From NCBI RefSeq assembly GCF_988242995.1, contig NZ_OZ547043.1: a stretch of 64,000 nt of DNA; one strand, given 5' to 3'. Below, piece by piece: positions 9,480 through 21,025 of the stretch (the first letter of the stretch is position 1; every line of letters starts with the position of its first letter). Below the pieces are notes generated by a model, which ran no database searches, was not told the origin of the DNA, and worked only from the letters and a program-made list of their open reading frames with translations. The position numbers and the translations under genes were made by a program.

Positions 9480-12400
9480 TGTTTTCGCGCTTTTTTGTTC
9501 GCCGCCCGGTCTTTGCCTGGGTTATCGCCATTTTGATTATGTTGGCGGGGATTCTGGCTATTCGCACATTGCCCGTCGCGCAATATCCTGACGTTGCGCC
9601 ACCGACCATTAAAATTTCAGCCACTTATACTGGTGCTTCTGCCGAAACGCTGGAGAACAGCGTGACTCAGGTTATCGAGCAACAACTCACTGGGCTTGAT
9701 AATTTACTCTATTTCAGCTCAACCAGCAGCTCTGATGGTTCGGTCAGTATTAATGTGACCTTTGAACAAGGTACCGATCCAGATACTGCACAGGTTCAGG
9801 TGCAGAATAAAATTCAGCAGGCGGAGTCGCGCCTACCCAGCGAAGTGCAGCAAACGGGTGTTACGGTGGAGAAATCACAAAGCAACTTTTTGCTGATTGC
9901 TGCCGTGTATGACACCACTGACAAAGCCTCCAGTTCGGATATCGCCGACTGGTTGGTTAGTAACGTTCAGGACCCACTTGCGCGTGTTGAAGGTGTGGGG
10001 AGTCTGCAAGTCTTTGGCGCGGAATACGCTATGCGCATCTGGCTTGACCCGGCCAAACTGGCGTCTTACTCGCTAATGCCTTCAGACGTGCAAAGTGCTA
10101 TTGAAGCGCAAAACGTGCAGGTTACTGCCGGGAAAATAGGGGCATTGCCTTCACCGAATACTCAGCAACTGACCGCAACGGTACGTGCGCAGTCTCGCTT
10201 GCAGACGGTGGATCAGTTCAAAAATATTATCGTGAAAAGCCAGTCAGACGGCGCAGTTGTTCGTATAAAAGATGTGGCTCGCGTTGAGATGGGCAGTGAA
10301 GATTATACCGCTATCGGCAAACTTAACGGTCACCCGTCTGCCGGGGTTGCTGTAATGCTTTCGCCCGGTGCGAATGCGCTGAATACGGCGACGCTGGTCA
10401 AGGATAAGATTGCCGAATTCCAGCGGAACATGCCGCAGGGATACGACATCGCATACCCGAAAGACAGCACTGAATTTATTAAAATCTCTGTAGAGGACGT
10501 AATTCAGACGCTGTTTGAAGCCATCGTATTGGTGGTTTGCGTGATGTATTTATTCCTGCAAAACCTGCGTGCCACACTGATTCCGGCGTTAGCTGTCCCC
10601 GTCGTTTTGCTGGGCACATTCGGCGTTCTTGCGTTGTTTGGCTATTCGATTAATACCCTGACGTTGTTTGCAATGGTGCTGGCGATCGGCTTGCTGGTGG
10701 ACGATGCCATTGTGGTGGTGGAGAACGTCGAACGCATTATGCGTGACGAAGGGTTGCCCGCGCGTGAAGCCACGGAAAAATCAATGGGCGAGATTTCTGG
10801 CGCACTGGTTGCCATTGCGCTGGTGTTGTCAGCCGTATTCCTGCCTATGGCCTTCTTTGGGGGATCTACGGGGGTAATTTATCGTCAGTTTTCGATAACC
10901 ATTATCTCCGCAATGCTGCTTTCCGTGGTAGTGGCATTGACCTTGACTCCCGCCCTGTGCGGTTCCGTCCTCCAGCATGTTCCGCCACATAAAAAAGGCT
11001 TTTTCGGCGCATTTAACCGCTTTTACCGCCGTACTGAAGATAAATATCAGCGAGGCGTAATTTATGTCCTGCGCCGTGCAGCCCGAACGATGGGGCTTTA
11101 TGTCGTGCTGGGTGGTGGAATGGCCCTGATGATGTGGAAACTGCCGGGCAGTTTCTTACCCACTGAAGACCAGGGCGAAATCATGGTGCAGTACACGCTG
11201 CCGGCTGGGGCGACCGCTGCCCGTACAGCAGAAGTGAATCGCCAGATTGTTGACTGGTTCCTGATTAACGAGAAAGCAAATACCGATGTCATCTTTACCG
11301 TTGATGGTTTCAGTTTTAGCGGTAGCGGACAGAACACCGGGATGGCGTTTGTTTCGTTGAAAAACTGGTCTCAACGTAAAGGGGCAGAAAACACCGCCCA
11401 GGCTATCGCCCTACGGGCAACCAAAGAGCTGGGCACAATTCGTGATGCCACGGTATTTGCGATGACGCCGCCAGCCGTTGATGGGCTGGGGCAAAGCAAT
11501 GGTTTTACGTTTGAATTGTTAGCTAACGGTGGAACCGATCGCGAAACACTACTGCAAATGCGTAATCAGTTGATAGAAAAAGCGAATCAAAGTCCGGAGT
11601 TACATTCTGTGCGTGCCAATGATTTGCCACAAATGCCGCAATTGCAGGTAGATATTGATAGTAATAAAGCGGTGTCATTAGGGTTGAGTTTGAATGATGT
11701 CACCGACACCCTGTCCAGTGCGTGGGGCGGTACTTATGTGAATGACTTTATTGACCGTGGTCGTGTGAAAAAAGTCTACATTCAGGGCGACAGTGAATTT
11801 CGTTCCGCGCCGTCAGACTTAGGTAAATGGTTTGTGCGCGGTAGCGATAACGCCATGACACCATTCTCTGCTTTTGCGACCACCCGCTGGCTGTATGGAC
11901 CGGAAAGACTGGTGCGCTACAACGGCTCGGCAGCCTATGAAATTCAGGGCGAAAACGCGACTGGCTTTAGTTCCGGCGATGCAATGACAAAAATGGAGGA
12001 ACTGGCAAACAGTCTTCCTGCGGGAACAACATGGGCCTGGAGTGGTTTGTCATTGCAGGAGAAACTGGCCAGCGGTCAGGCATTAAGTCTGTATGCAGTT
12101 TCTATTTTGGTGGTTTTCCTCTGCCTTGCAGCACTGTACGAAAGCTGGTCAGTCCCGTTCTCGGTCATTCTGGTGATCCCTCTGGGGCTTCTTGGCGCGG
12201 CGCTGGCGGCCTGGATGCGTGATTTAAACAACGACGTTTACTTCCAGGTAGCGCTATTAACTACTATCGGCTTGTCGTCGAAAAACGCCATTCTGATTGT
12301 GGAATTTGCTGAAGCGGCGGTTGCAGAGGGCTATTCCTTGAGTCGTGCGGCATTACGCGCGGCGCAGACTCGTTTACGCCCAATCATCATGACCTCGCTG

Positions 12401-12586
12401 GCGTTTATTGCGGGGGTAATGCCGCTGGCGATAGCAACCGGCGCAGGGGCGAACAGCCGCATCGCCATTGGTACGGGCATTATTGGCGGCACGCTGACCG
12501 CTACATTACTGGCCATTTTCTTCGTTCCTCTGTTTTTTGTACTGGTGAAACGTTTGTTTGCCGGTAAACCGCGCCGTCAGGAGTAA
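9479..12586 (+). CDS. RND (HAE1-family, AcrB/OqxB-like) inner-membrane efflux pump, 1035 aa
   Basis: 1035-aa ORF with hallmark RND N-terminus MFSRFFVRRPVFAWVIAILIMLAGILAIRTLPVAQYPDVAPPTI and conserved VDDAIVVVENVER motif. Confidence 0.9.
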   Translation: MFSRFFVRRPVFAWVIAILIMLAGILAIRTLPVAQYPDVAPPTIKISATYTGASAETLENSVTQVIEQQLTGLDNLLYFSSTSSSDGSVSINVTFEQGTDPDTAQVQVQNKIQQAESRLPSEVQQTGVTVEKSQSNFLLIAAVYDTTDKASSSDIADWLVSNVQDPLARVEGVGSLQVFGAEYAMRIWLDPAKLASYSLMPSDVQSAIEAQNVQVTAGKIGALPSPNTQQLTATVRAQSRLQTVDQFKNIIVKSQSDGAVVRIKDVARVEMGSEDYTAIGKLNGHPSAGVAVMLSPGANALNTATLVKDKIAEFQRNMPQGYDIAYPKDSTEFIKISVEDVIQTLFEAIVLVVCVMYLFLQNLRATLIPALAVPVVLLGTFGVLALFGYSINTLTLFAMVLAIGLLVDDAIVVVENVERIMRDEGLPAREATEKSMGEISGALVAIALVLSAVFLPMAFFGGSTGVIYRQFSITIISAMLLSVVVALTLTPALCGSVLQHVPPHKKGFFGAFNRFYRRTEDKYQRGVIYVLRRAARTMGLYVVLGGGMALMMWKLPGSFLPTEDQGEIMVQYTLPAGATAARTAEVNRQIVDWFLINEKANTDVIFTVDGFSFSGSGQNTGMAFVSLKNWSQRKGAENTAQAIALRATKELGTIRDATVFAMTPPAVDGLGQSNGFTFELLANGGTDRETLLQMRNQLIEKANQSPELHSVRANDLPQMPQLQVDIDSNKAVSLGLSLNDVTDTLSSAWGGTYVNDFIDRGRVKKVYIQGDSEFRSAPSDLGKWFVRGSDNAMTPFSAFATTRWLYGPERLVRYNGSAAYEIQGENATGFSSGDAMTKMEELANSLPAGTTWAWSGLSLQEKLASGQALSLYAVSILVVFLCLAALYESWSVPFSVILVIPLGLLGAALAAWMRDLNNDVYFQVALLTTIGLSSKNAILIVEFAEAAVAEGYSLSRAALRAAQTRLRPIIMTSLAFIAGVMPLAIATGAGANSRIAIGTGIIGGTLTATLLAIFFVPLFFVLVKRLFAGKPRRQE

Positions 12587-12589
12587 GTT

Positions 12590-13963
12590 ATGTTGCGTCG
12601 TTCTCTTATTTTTCTGGTGTTGTTGAGTGCGGGATGTGTCTCGCTCGATCCTCACTACAGTACGCCTGAATCCCCAATCCCGGCGACCTTGCCGGGAGCA
12701 CAGGGCCAGGGGAAGGCAATCAGCCATGACTGGCAGCAGGTGATCCACGATCCCCGATTGCAGCAGGTAGTAACCATTGCACTGAACAGTAACCGCGATG
12801 TGCAAAAAGCGATTGCTGATATTGACTCAGCACGGGCGCTCTATGGGCAAACTAATGCGTCGTTATTTCCGACGGTGAATGCGGCCTTAAGTTCGACTCG
12901 CAGTCGTTCGCTGGCGAATGGTACGGGAACAACTGCCGAGGCTGACGGCACGGTGTCCAGTTATACGTTAGATCTGTTTGGTCGTAATCAGAGTTTATCT
13001 CGGGCGGCGCGGGAAACCTGGCTTGCCAGTGAATTTACAGCCCAGAACACTCGTTTAACGCTGATTGCTGAAATCAGCACCGCCTGGCTGACACTGGCGG
13101 CTGATAACAGCAACCTGGCCCTGGCAAAAGAAACGATGGCCAGTGCAGAAAACTCATTGAAAATTATCCAGCGCCAGCAACAGGTTGGCACGGCGGCAGC
13201 GACAGATGTCAGTGAGGCGATGAGTGTTTATCAGCAAGCGCGCGCCAGCGTTGCCAGCTATCAGACACAAGTGATGCAGGATAAAAATGCGCTGAACTTA
13301 CTGGCAGGTACAACGCTTGCGGAAAATCTGCTACCGGGAACACTGGAAAGCCTGCCGGAACAAATGATAAGTCTGGTTCCTGCGGGAGTATCATCTGATG
13401 TTCTGCTGCGTCGCCCGGATATCCAGGAAGCGGAACATAATTTGAAGAGCGCCAATGCAGATATTGGCGCGGCGCGGGCTAACTTTTTCCCGACGATTTC
13501 GCTGACTGCCAGTGCCGGTGTTGGCAGTGACGCATTGTCGTCGTTGTTCAGCCACGGAATGCAGATCTGGTCATTTGCGCCATCGGTCACATTACCGCTG
13601 TTCACTGGCGGAAGTAATCTGGCGCAGCTTCGTTACGCAGAAGCACAAAAGCGTGGGCTCATTGCCACCTATGAAAAAACCGTTCAGACCGCATTTAAAG
13701 ATGTCGCTAACGGACTGGCGCGGCGGACCACGCTTGAAGAGCAACTGGATGCACAACGCCAGTATGTTAAAGCTGAGCAACAAACGGTCGATGTTGGCTT
13801 GCGTCGCTATCAGGCGGGTGTTGGTGATTACCTGACCGTGTTGACGGCGCAGCGCAGCTTGTGGATCGCACAGCAGGAGCTGCTGGCACTGCAACTGACT
13901 GATTTTACAAACCGAATCACGCTCTGGCAGTCGCTGGGCGGCGGCATGTCATCACTCAAGTAA
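12590..13963 (+). CDS. Outer-membrane efflux lipoprotein (NodT/OprM family), 457 aa
   Basis: Lipobox LLSAGC in signal peptide; starts 4 nt after the RND stop; TolC/OprM-like length and repeats. Confidence 0.85.
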   Translation: MLRRSLIFLVLLSAGCVSLDPHYSTPESPIPATLPGAQGQGKAISHDWQQVIHDPRLQQVVTIALNSNRDVQKAIADIDSARALYGQTNASLFPTVNAALSSTRSRSLANGTGTTAEADGTVSSYTLDLFGRNQSLSRAARETWLASEFTAQNTRLTLIAEISTAWLTLAADNSNLALAKETMASAENSLKIIQRQQQVGTAAATDVSEAMSVYQQARASVASYQTQVMQDKNALNLLAGTTLAENLLPGTLESLPEQMISLVPAGVSSDVLLRRPDIQEAEHNLKSANADIGAARANFFPTISLTASAGVGSDALSSLFSHGMQIWSFAPSVTLPLFTGGSNLAQLRYAEAQKRGLIATYEKTVQTAFKDVANGLARRTTLEEQLDAQRQYVKAEQQTVDVGLRRYQAGVGDYLTVLTAQRSLWIAQQELLALQLTDFTNRITLWQSLGGGMSSLK

Positions 13964-13971
13964 GGAATAAT

Positions 13972-15135
13972 ATGGCTAGAGTCTCTCTTTCATGGGCATT
14001 GATTCTTGGTCTTTTAGCCGGTATAGGCCCGATGTGTACCGATCTTTATTTGCCGGCTTTGCCGGAGATGTCTGAGCAACTGGCGGCAACCACGACCATA
14101 ACGCAATTAACCCTGACCGCATCACTGATCGGTCTTGGCGTCGGACAACTGTTATTTGGCCCTCTGAGCGACAAAATAGGGCGTAAACGTCCGTTAATCT
14201 TGTCGTTGCTATTGTTTATTGTTTCTTCCATTTTGTGCGCGACAACGAACAATATTTACTGGCTGGTGGTCTGGCGTTTTATTCAAGGGATCGCGGGGGC
14301 GGGTGGTTCGGTGCTCTCTCGTTCTATTGCTCGTGACAAATATCAGGGAGTAACGTTGACCCAGTTTTTTGCGCTGTTAATGACGGTGAATGGCCTGGCA
14401 CCGGTGTTGTCGCCAGTGCTGGGCGGGTACATTGTTAGCACTTTTGACTGGCGCACTTTATTCTGGGTAATGGCTGAAATTAGCACCGTATTGTTGCTGG
14501 GCTGCGTGTTATTTATTAATGAGACCTTGCCAGAAAATAAAAGGGGCTCATCATTGCTATTAACCGGACGAAGCGTGGTGCAGAACCGCCGTTTTATGCG
14601 CTTTTGCCTGATTCAAAGTTTTATGCTGGCAGGCTTGTTTGCATATATCGGCTCTTCGTCGTTCGTGTTGCAGAAGGAATTTGGCTTTAGTCCAATGCAA
14701 TTTAGCCTGGTGTTTGGCCTTAACGGCATCGGACTTATCATTGCTTCATGGATCTTTTCGCGCCTGGCTCGACGGATTAACGCGATGACATTGTTGCGAG
14801 GTGGCCTGATAGCGGCAATTTTGTGTGCATTGCTCACGGTCTTATGCGCATGGATACAATTGCCCATTCCGGCACTGGTGGCATTATTTTTCACCATCGC
14901 ATTTTGTAGCGGCATCGGCACTGTTGGCGGGGCAGAGGCTATGAGTGCAGTAGGGACGCAGGAATCTGGAACGGCGTCTGCGTTGATGGGGATGAGCATG
15001 TTTGTCTTCGGCGGTATAGCCGCGCCATTGTCGGGAATTGGCGGAGAAACACTGTTAAAAATGAGTCTGGCAATTACGGTGTGTTATACGCTGGCATTGC
15101 TGGTTGCTCTCACCAGAATCGACAATCAAAAGTAA
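13972..15135 (+). CDS. MFS (DHA1, Bcr/CflA-like) transporter, 387 aa
   Basis: 387-aa hydrophobic ORF with MFS motif GPLSDKIGRKRP; tightly coupled to the upstream OMP gene. Confidence 0.8.
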   Translation: MARVSLSWALILGLLAGIGPMCTDLYLPALPEMSEQLAATTTITQLTLTASLIGLGVGQLLFGPLSDKIGRKRPLILSLLLFIVSSILCATTNNIYWLVVWRFIQGIAGAGGSVLSRSIARDKYQGVTLTQFFALLMTVNGLAPVLSPVLGGYIVSTFDWRTLFWVMAEISTVLLLGCVLFINETLPENKRGSSLLLTGRSVVQNRRFMRFCLIQSFMLAGLFAYIGSSSFVLQKEFGFSPMQFSLVFGLNGIGLIIASWIFSRLARRINAMTLLRGGLIAAILCALLTVLCAWIQLPIPALVALFFTIAFCSGIGTVGGAEAMSAVGTQESGTASALMGMSMFVFGGIAAPLSGIGGETLLKMSLAITVCYTLALLVALTRIDNQK

Positions 15136-15139
15136 TGAA

Positions 15140-15177
15140 CACCTCATCCTGAGGGGGGCCCCTGTCAGGATGAGGTG
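15140..15177. terminator. Long perfect hairpin between the convergent MFS gene and sapF (probable bidirectional terminator)
   Basis: CACCTCATCCTGA...TCAGGATGAGGTG 13-bp perfect arms around a GC-rich centre; lies in the 49-bp gap between convergent stops. Confidence 0.5.
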
Positions 15178-15184
15178 CAAAGCA

Positions 15185-15991
15185 CTAACGGTCCTTACGC
15201 CACGCATCCGCCGTCAATGCCTCGCCAAAATGACCGGCGATCAGCCGTTTGGTGAGTTCATGCAGCGGCGATGCCAGCACATCGGCGGTGCTGCCTCGCT
15301 CGACAACCTCGCCCTGATGCATCACCAGCACCTGGTCGCTAATGTGCTTCATCATTCCGATATGCTGGGTAACATAAATATACGAAATGCCCTGTTTTTC
15401 CTGTAACTCAAGCATCAGATTAATCAACTGCGAACGCATCGACATATCCAGTGAGGCGAGGGCTTCATCGGCAATAATGACTTTTGGGCGCAATATCAGC
15501 GCGCGCGCCAGCCCCAGACGCTGTTTTTGCCCGGGTGCCAACATATGCGGATAGTAACTGACGTGATCCGGTAGCAGCCCAACCATACGCATCGTTTCAA
15601 TAATCTGTTTGCGACGCTGTTCCGGTTCCAGGTCGGTGTTCAGACGCAGTGGAAAATCCAGGATTTGCGAGATACGTTGACGGGGATTCAACGATGTCGA
15701 AGGATCCTGAAAAATCATGCGAATACGCTGACTACGGAAGGAATAATCGCCAAAATGCAGCGGATGATCGTCAATTAATAACTCGCCGCTGGTAGGTTCT
15801 ATCATTCCCGCCAGCATTTTTGCCAGCGTGGATTTACCCGAACCATTCTCGCCAATAATCGCCAGTGTCTGGCCTTCACGTAGCGTAAAGCTCAAGGGTT
15901 TTACCGCTTCTACGGTCTGACGACGAAACCAACCGGTCCGGTAGCGGAACGTTTTACTTAAATTACGCACTTCAAGCAGCGTTTCGATCAT
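15185..15991 (-). CDS. sapF: Peptide ABC transporter ATP-binding protein SapF, 268 aa
   Basis: Walker A GENGSGKST, ABC signature; fifth gene of the sapABCDF operon. Confidence 0.9.
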   Translation of the reverse strand: MIETLLEVRNLSKTFRYRTGWFRRQTVEAVKPLSFTLREGQTLAIIGENGSGKSTLAKMLAGMIEPTSGELLIDDHPLHFGDYSFRSQRIRMIFQDPSTSLNPRQRISQILDFPLRLNTDLEPEQRRKQIIETMRMVGLLPDHVSYYPHMLAPGQKQRLGLARALILRPKVIIADEALASLDMSMRSQLINLMLELQEKQGISYIYVTQHIGMMKHISDQVLVMHQGEVVERGSTADVLASPLHELTKRLIAGHFGEALTADAWRKDR

Positions 15992-15992
15992 C

Positions 15993-16985
15993 TCATTCTT
16001 TCTCCATGTTCAGCGGGAAATGACAGGCATAGAGATGATTTTTCGCCCCCGTCAAACGTGGCGTCACAATGCATTCTCGTTGTGCATACGGGCAACGCGG
16101 CCCCAGACGACACCCAATCGGTAACTGTTCCAGCAGTGGGATAGCGCCGGGCAGCGTATTGAGGCGACTTTTATGCGGCATCGCGCTGCCGAAGTCTGGT
16201 ATCGCGCGGATCAGCGCCTGGGTATAAGGATGATGTGGCATTGTCACCAACTCCTTACTTGGCGCGGTTTCCACCGTTTGACCGCAGTAAAGCACGTTAA
16301 TTTTATCCGCCCATTGGCTAAGCATTTGTAAGTCATGGCTGATAAGCAAAATAGTGGTATTGCTGTTTTGGTTGAGACGCGTCAGGAGGCGAAAGATTTG
16401 CGCCTGGGTTGTTGGCTCCATTGAGTTTGTCGGTTCGTCAGCAATCAGCAGACGCGGTTGATTCGCCAGTGCAATGGCTATCATCACTTTCTGACATTCA
16501 CCTTCGGTCAACTCATAGGGAAAACTGCGCATCGCATCTTTGTGATCTTTAATCCCCACGCGGTGCAGCAGTTCAATGGCACGGCGTTTGCGCCAGCCAA
16601 AACGCTGCCACCAACGGCCTTTATAGGTCCAGGCTGGGATGTTTTGCATCAACTGGCGACCCACACGTTCTGAAGGATCAAGACACGACTGCGGTTCCTG
16701 GAAAATCATCGACACGTTGTGACCTACCAGCTTGCGCCGTTCGCGTGCGGAGAGACGCAGCAAATCGATATCATCAAAACGCATACGGTCAGCAGTAACA
16801 CGCCAGTTATCTTTATTCACCCCACAAATCGCTTTCGCAATCAAACTTTTGCCGGAACCTGATTCGCCAACAAGACCGCGGATTTCACCTTCGGTTAAGG
16901 TCATACTTACGCGGTCGACGGCTTTAACCCACTCATCACCGGTTTTAAATTCAATGGTCAGGTTACGAATATCGAGTAATGGCAT
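15993..16985 (-). CDS. sapD: Peptide ABC transporter ATP-binding protein SapD, 330 aa
   Basis: Walker A GESGSGKS; operon context. Confidence 0.9.
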
Positions 16986-17875
16986 TATTCCACCCCCGCA
17001 ATAATTGCACGACGGACACCGTCGCCAAGGAGGTTAACCAACAGCACGCTAATCATAATTGCCGCACCTGGCAGCATGACAGTCCACGGGGCGACATAAA
17101 TCAGTTCCAGCGCATCACCGAGCATCGCTCCCCATTCAGGCGAGGGGAGTTGTGCGCCGAGATCGAGAAAGCCCAGCGCGGCGATATCGAGAATTGCCAT
17201 CGACAGTGCGCGGGTGATCTCGGTGACCAGCCCAGCGGTGATGTTTGGCATCACAGCAAACCAGAGAATATTCAGCGTTGATGCGCCATCCAGACGGGCG
17301 GCGATAACGTACTCTTTTTCCAGTTCGTCATGCACCATGCTGTAAATCGAACGTACCATACGAGGCAGCAGCGCCAGCCAGACGGCAAACATGGCGTGAG
17401 ACAAACTCGGTCCGGCAAACGCTACAACGATAATTGCCAGCAGCAGCGAAGGGATCGCCAGTAAGGTATCCAGAATATGGTTAAGCACCGCTGAGCGTAG
17501 GCCGTGGGTCGCCCCGGCGAAGGTGCCCAGTACCAGGCCACAGATCGTCGCGGCAAGCGTCACCACAAATGCGCCGCCTACGGTTGGCGCAGCTCCGCTC
17601 AGTAAACGGCTTAAAACATCGCGTCCGAGGTCGTCAGTCCCAAGGAAGAAAGAAACTTCGCCATAGCGCGACCATGACGGTGGCAATAATTGATAACCGA
17701 GAAATTGCTGATCGATGCCGTAAGGCGCAAACCAGCCGCCAAAAATACACAGTACAGCCAGCCCCGCGCAGCCGTACAGGCCGACCATCGCAGAGGCGTC
17801 ACTATAAAATTTGCGCCAGGCGGTACGCAGCGTGCCCGGCGGGCGCTTTTCGCTGTATACGCTATCGTAAGGCAT
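16985..17875 (-). CDS. sapC: Peptide ABC transporter permease SapC, 296 aa
   Basis: DppC/OppC-like permease; overlapping start/stop with neighbours. Confidence 0.9.
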
Positions 17876-18827
17876 ACCATTCCTTATGTTTCAGAGGGTT
17901 AGCCATGGCACCCAAAATATCAGAAATCACGTTAACAATAATGACCAGTGAGCCACACACCATCACTCCGGCGGAAATGGCTGCGTAATCCTGCTGGCGG
18001 ATAGCGTTAATTAACCAGCGCCCTAAACCCGGCCAGCTAAAAACCATTTCGGTGATCATCGCCAGCGTCAGCATGGTAGAAAACTGTAAGCCCAGGCGAG
18101 GAATAACCGGAGGTAACGCGTTATGCAGAACGTGGCGACGCAAAATAGTAAAGCGCGACAAACCGCGGGTCGCCGCTGCTTTAACATAGTTCTGGTCATA
18201 CACTTCGATAGTGCTAATACGCATCAGTCGGATCACTTCAGTTGTTGGCGCAACCGACAGGGTGATCACGGGCAATATCATATGGCGGATTGCGCTCATG
18301 ACCATTTCATCCCGCCATGGTGAGTCCGAAAGCCAGGCATCAATCAACGCAAAACCGGTAATCGGTTTCACTTCGTAGAGCAGATCGAAACGTCCTGAAA
18401 CGGGCAACCAACCTAGCGTGAGTGAACAAAACAGCGTCAACAGAAGCGCCAGCCAGAACACCGGGATTGAAAAGCCCAGTAAGGCGATGGCGTTGATCAA
18501 GTTATCCTGCCACTTATGGCGCGTAATCCCGGCAATCATCCCCACGGGGATGCCAACAATCAGCGCAAAACCGAAGGCGAGGATGCACAGTTCCATCGTC
18601 GCCGGGAAGACCTCTTTTAACTGTTCGGCAATCGGTTGACCGTTAATGCTGGAAACACCAAAATCCCAGTGGATCAGGCCATTAAACCAGAACACCCAGG
18701 CATTCCACAGTGACGCGCCTTGTAACGGCGCATGTGGGGTGAAATAGCTCAAGCTGAAGCCAACAAAGGTCAGCAGGAACAAGGTGACAATCAATAACAA
18801 AATGCGGCGTAAGGTGAAGATAATCAT
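17862..18827 (-). CDS. sapB: Peptide ABC transporter permease SapB, 321 aa
   Basis: DppB/OppB-like permease; operon context. Confidence 0.9.
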
Positions 18828-20467
18828 GGTTTTTTCACCTCATCCTGTTTCTCGCGATACACCCCAGCAAAGGAGGCGTTACCAAACGGGCTAAGTACCA
18901 GACCTTTGATATCGTACCGATAGGCCTGCAAACGCAATGACGACGCCAGCGGCAAAATGGGCAATTCCTGCGCCAGAATACTCTGCGCTTCGTCATAGGC
19001 TTCAATACGCGCCGCCAGCTGCTGCGAGGAGAGCGCCTTACGCAACACGCTGTCGAATTTCGGATCGCACCAGTGGGCGAGGTTGGTCTGTGAATGAATT
19101 GCCGCGCAGCTCAGTAAAGGACGGAAGAAACTGTCCGGGTCGTTACTGTCCGTCGCCCAACCGGATAACGTCAGATCATGGCTCATATCCATCAACCGCG
19201 CCTCCTGAAAGCGACCTTCTACCGGCACAATCACCACTTTTACGCCAACCTGCGCCATATCCGCCTGAATCAGTTCGGCAGTTTTCAGTGGACTGGGGTT
19301 CCACGCCTGCGAACGTGTGGGCACCCACAGTTTCAGCGTTAAGTTTTCCAGCCCCAACGCCTTCAACTGTTCGCGCGATTTCGCCGGATTGTATTCAGTA
19401 ATTTTAGCCTCGTTGTCATAGGCCCACGAGGCGCGCGGTAAAATAGAGGCCGCCGTTTCAGCCGTACCATAATAGATGGATTGCATCAGGCGCTGGTTAT
19501 TAATCGCCAGTGCCAGTGCATGGCGGACAGCGGGATTATTTAGCGGCGGTTTGGCGGTGTTAAATGCCAGATAGGCGACGTTCATCCCAGGACGCAGCGT
19601 TAAACGCAAGCGCGGGTCGTCACGCAAAATGGATAGCTGGCTGGCAGCAGGCCAGGCCAGAACGTCGCATTCCCCGGTCAGGAGTTTCGACAGACGTCCG
19701 GTGCCGCCGGAGCCTAAATCCACCACTACCTGCGGCATTAACGGTTTACCGCGCCAGAAGTCATCATGACGTTGTAGGCGAATAAATTGCCCGGCGCGGT
19801 ATTCCGACAACTGATACGGACCGGTGCCGACCGGTTGACGGTCGAGTTGCTCCTGGCGATCTTCTTTCTCTAACTTCCGGGCATATTCTGCCGACATGAC
19901 CGATGCATAATGGGTCGCCAGGTGCCACAAAAAAGAAGCATCCGGCTGGGCGAGTCGGAACTCAACGGTATGATTATCCAGTTTGCGGACGCTTTTCACG
20001 TTATCGGCAAATTGCAGGCTGTCGAAGTAGGGGAAGTTGCTGCCGTTGACGTTATGCCACGGGTTGTTGCGGTCAAAAATTCGCTGGAAGGTAAACACCA
20101 CATCGTCGGCATTCATTTTACGAGTGGGAGTAAACCAGTCGGTTTTTTGAAACGGAACATCGCGACGCAGGTGGAAGCGATAGGTCGCGCCGTTGTCGAG
20201 AACTTCCCAGCTTTCGGCAAGTTCCGGCATCAGGCGATAGGTATAGGGATCGACATCCAGCAGTCGATCATAAAACTGGGCGGCAAGGGTATCGACAATT
20301 AACCCACTGCTCGCTTTGGATGGGTTAAAGGTGTTGACTTGCCCGCTGACGCAATAGACAAAACCGCTGTCGCGGATATCAGCATGCGGGGGGGATTCAG
20401 GCGCGGCGATTGCCTGACCACTCACAAGTCCAGCAATCACCAAAAGAGACGATAATACCTGGCGCAT
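18824..20467 (-). CDS. sapA: Periplasmic peptide-binding protein SapA, 547 aa
   Basis: 547-aa family-5 solute-binding protein with signal peptide [21 protein letters not shown]. Confidence 0.9.
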   Translation of the reverse strand: MRQVLSSLLVIAGLVSGQAIAAPESPPHADIRDSGFVYCVSGQVNTFNPSKASSGLIVDTLAAQFYDRLLDVDPYTYRLMPELAESWEVLDNGATYRFHLRRDVPFQKTDWFTPTRKMNADDVVFTFQRIFDRNNPWHNVNGSNFPYFDSLQFADNVKSVRKLDNHTVEFRLAQPDASFLWHLATHYASVMSAEYARKLEKEDRQEQLDRQPVGTGPYQLSEYRAGQFIRLQRHDDFWRGKPLMPQVVVDLGSGGTGRLSKLLTGECDVLAWPAASQLSILRDDPRLRLTLRPGMNVAYLAFNTAKPPLNNPAVRHALALAINNQRLMQSIYYGTAETAASILPRASWAYDNEAKITEYNPAKSREQLKALGLENLTLKLWVPTRSQAWNPSPLKTAELIQADMAQVGVKVVIVPVEGRFQEARLMDMSHDLTLSGWATDSNDPDSFFRPLLSCAAIHSQTNLAHWCDPKFDSVLRKALSSQQLAARIEAYDEAQSILAQELPILPLASSLRLQAYRYDIKGLVLSPFGNASFAGVYREKQDEVKKP

Positions 20468-20714
20468 AATATTAATGGATTTTATGTAAAGAGGCTATCT
20501 TACTAATATTTAATGACATTTGCCATTACCGTTTGTGTTCAGGGGTCGTAATGAGGGCCGTGTGGTTGGTCGTTGAACAGGTGACGTCGCCATCTGTTCA
20601 ACATTCGTACCCGTGATTTCTCTATAACTATAACTCACAGAACAACTTAGCGAGGAGCAGAGCGGTACGATCGTGAGAAACCCATTAAAGCACGCTGCAG
20701 TGCGTGTCATTTTT

Positions 20715-20745
20715 AGCCGGATGCGGCGTGAACGCTTTATCCGGG
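20715..20745. repeat. REP/palindromic unit
   Basis: GCCGGATGCGGCGTGAACGCTTTATCCGGGC matches the E. coli REP consensus; located 3' of ymjA. Confidence 0.6.
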
Positions 20746-20779
20746 CAACGATACTGACCGAGCGTCTGCAATGAAATAA

Positions 20780-21025
20780 TTACTCATTACCCCATTGATT
20801 CAAAAACTCTGCGATCTCATCAATGCGTACGGGATTAATCCCCGCTTCAGCAGCCATTTCATGTTGGGCTTCTTCGCTGATCTCTTCATTGTTCATCAAA
20901 CGGGTGAGCAGTAACTGGAAGTAGAGGGCCAGCGGTGTGCGTTCAGCGTCTGCGACAGGCTCTGCGCATTCGGTCGCGTACTCATCGGCAATATCAAAAT
21001 ATTTTAGCGGGATATCGTGGTTCAT
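20780..21025 (-). CDS. ymjA: Small protein YmjA (DUF2543), 81 aa
   Basis: 81-aa [27 protein letters not shown]... in the conserved sapA-puuP position. Confidence 0.85.
   Translation of the reverse strand: MNHDIPLKYFDIADEYATECAEPVADAERTPLALYFQLLLTRLMNNEEISEEAQHEMAAEAGINPVRIDEIAEFLNQWGNE

Noticed and set aside
17569-17988. 139-aa plus-strand ORF
   Set aside because: Antisense to sapC/sapB; shadow ORF.
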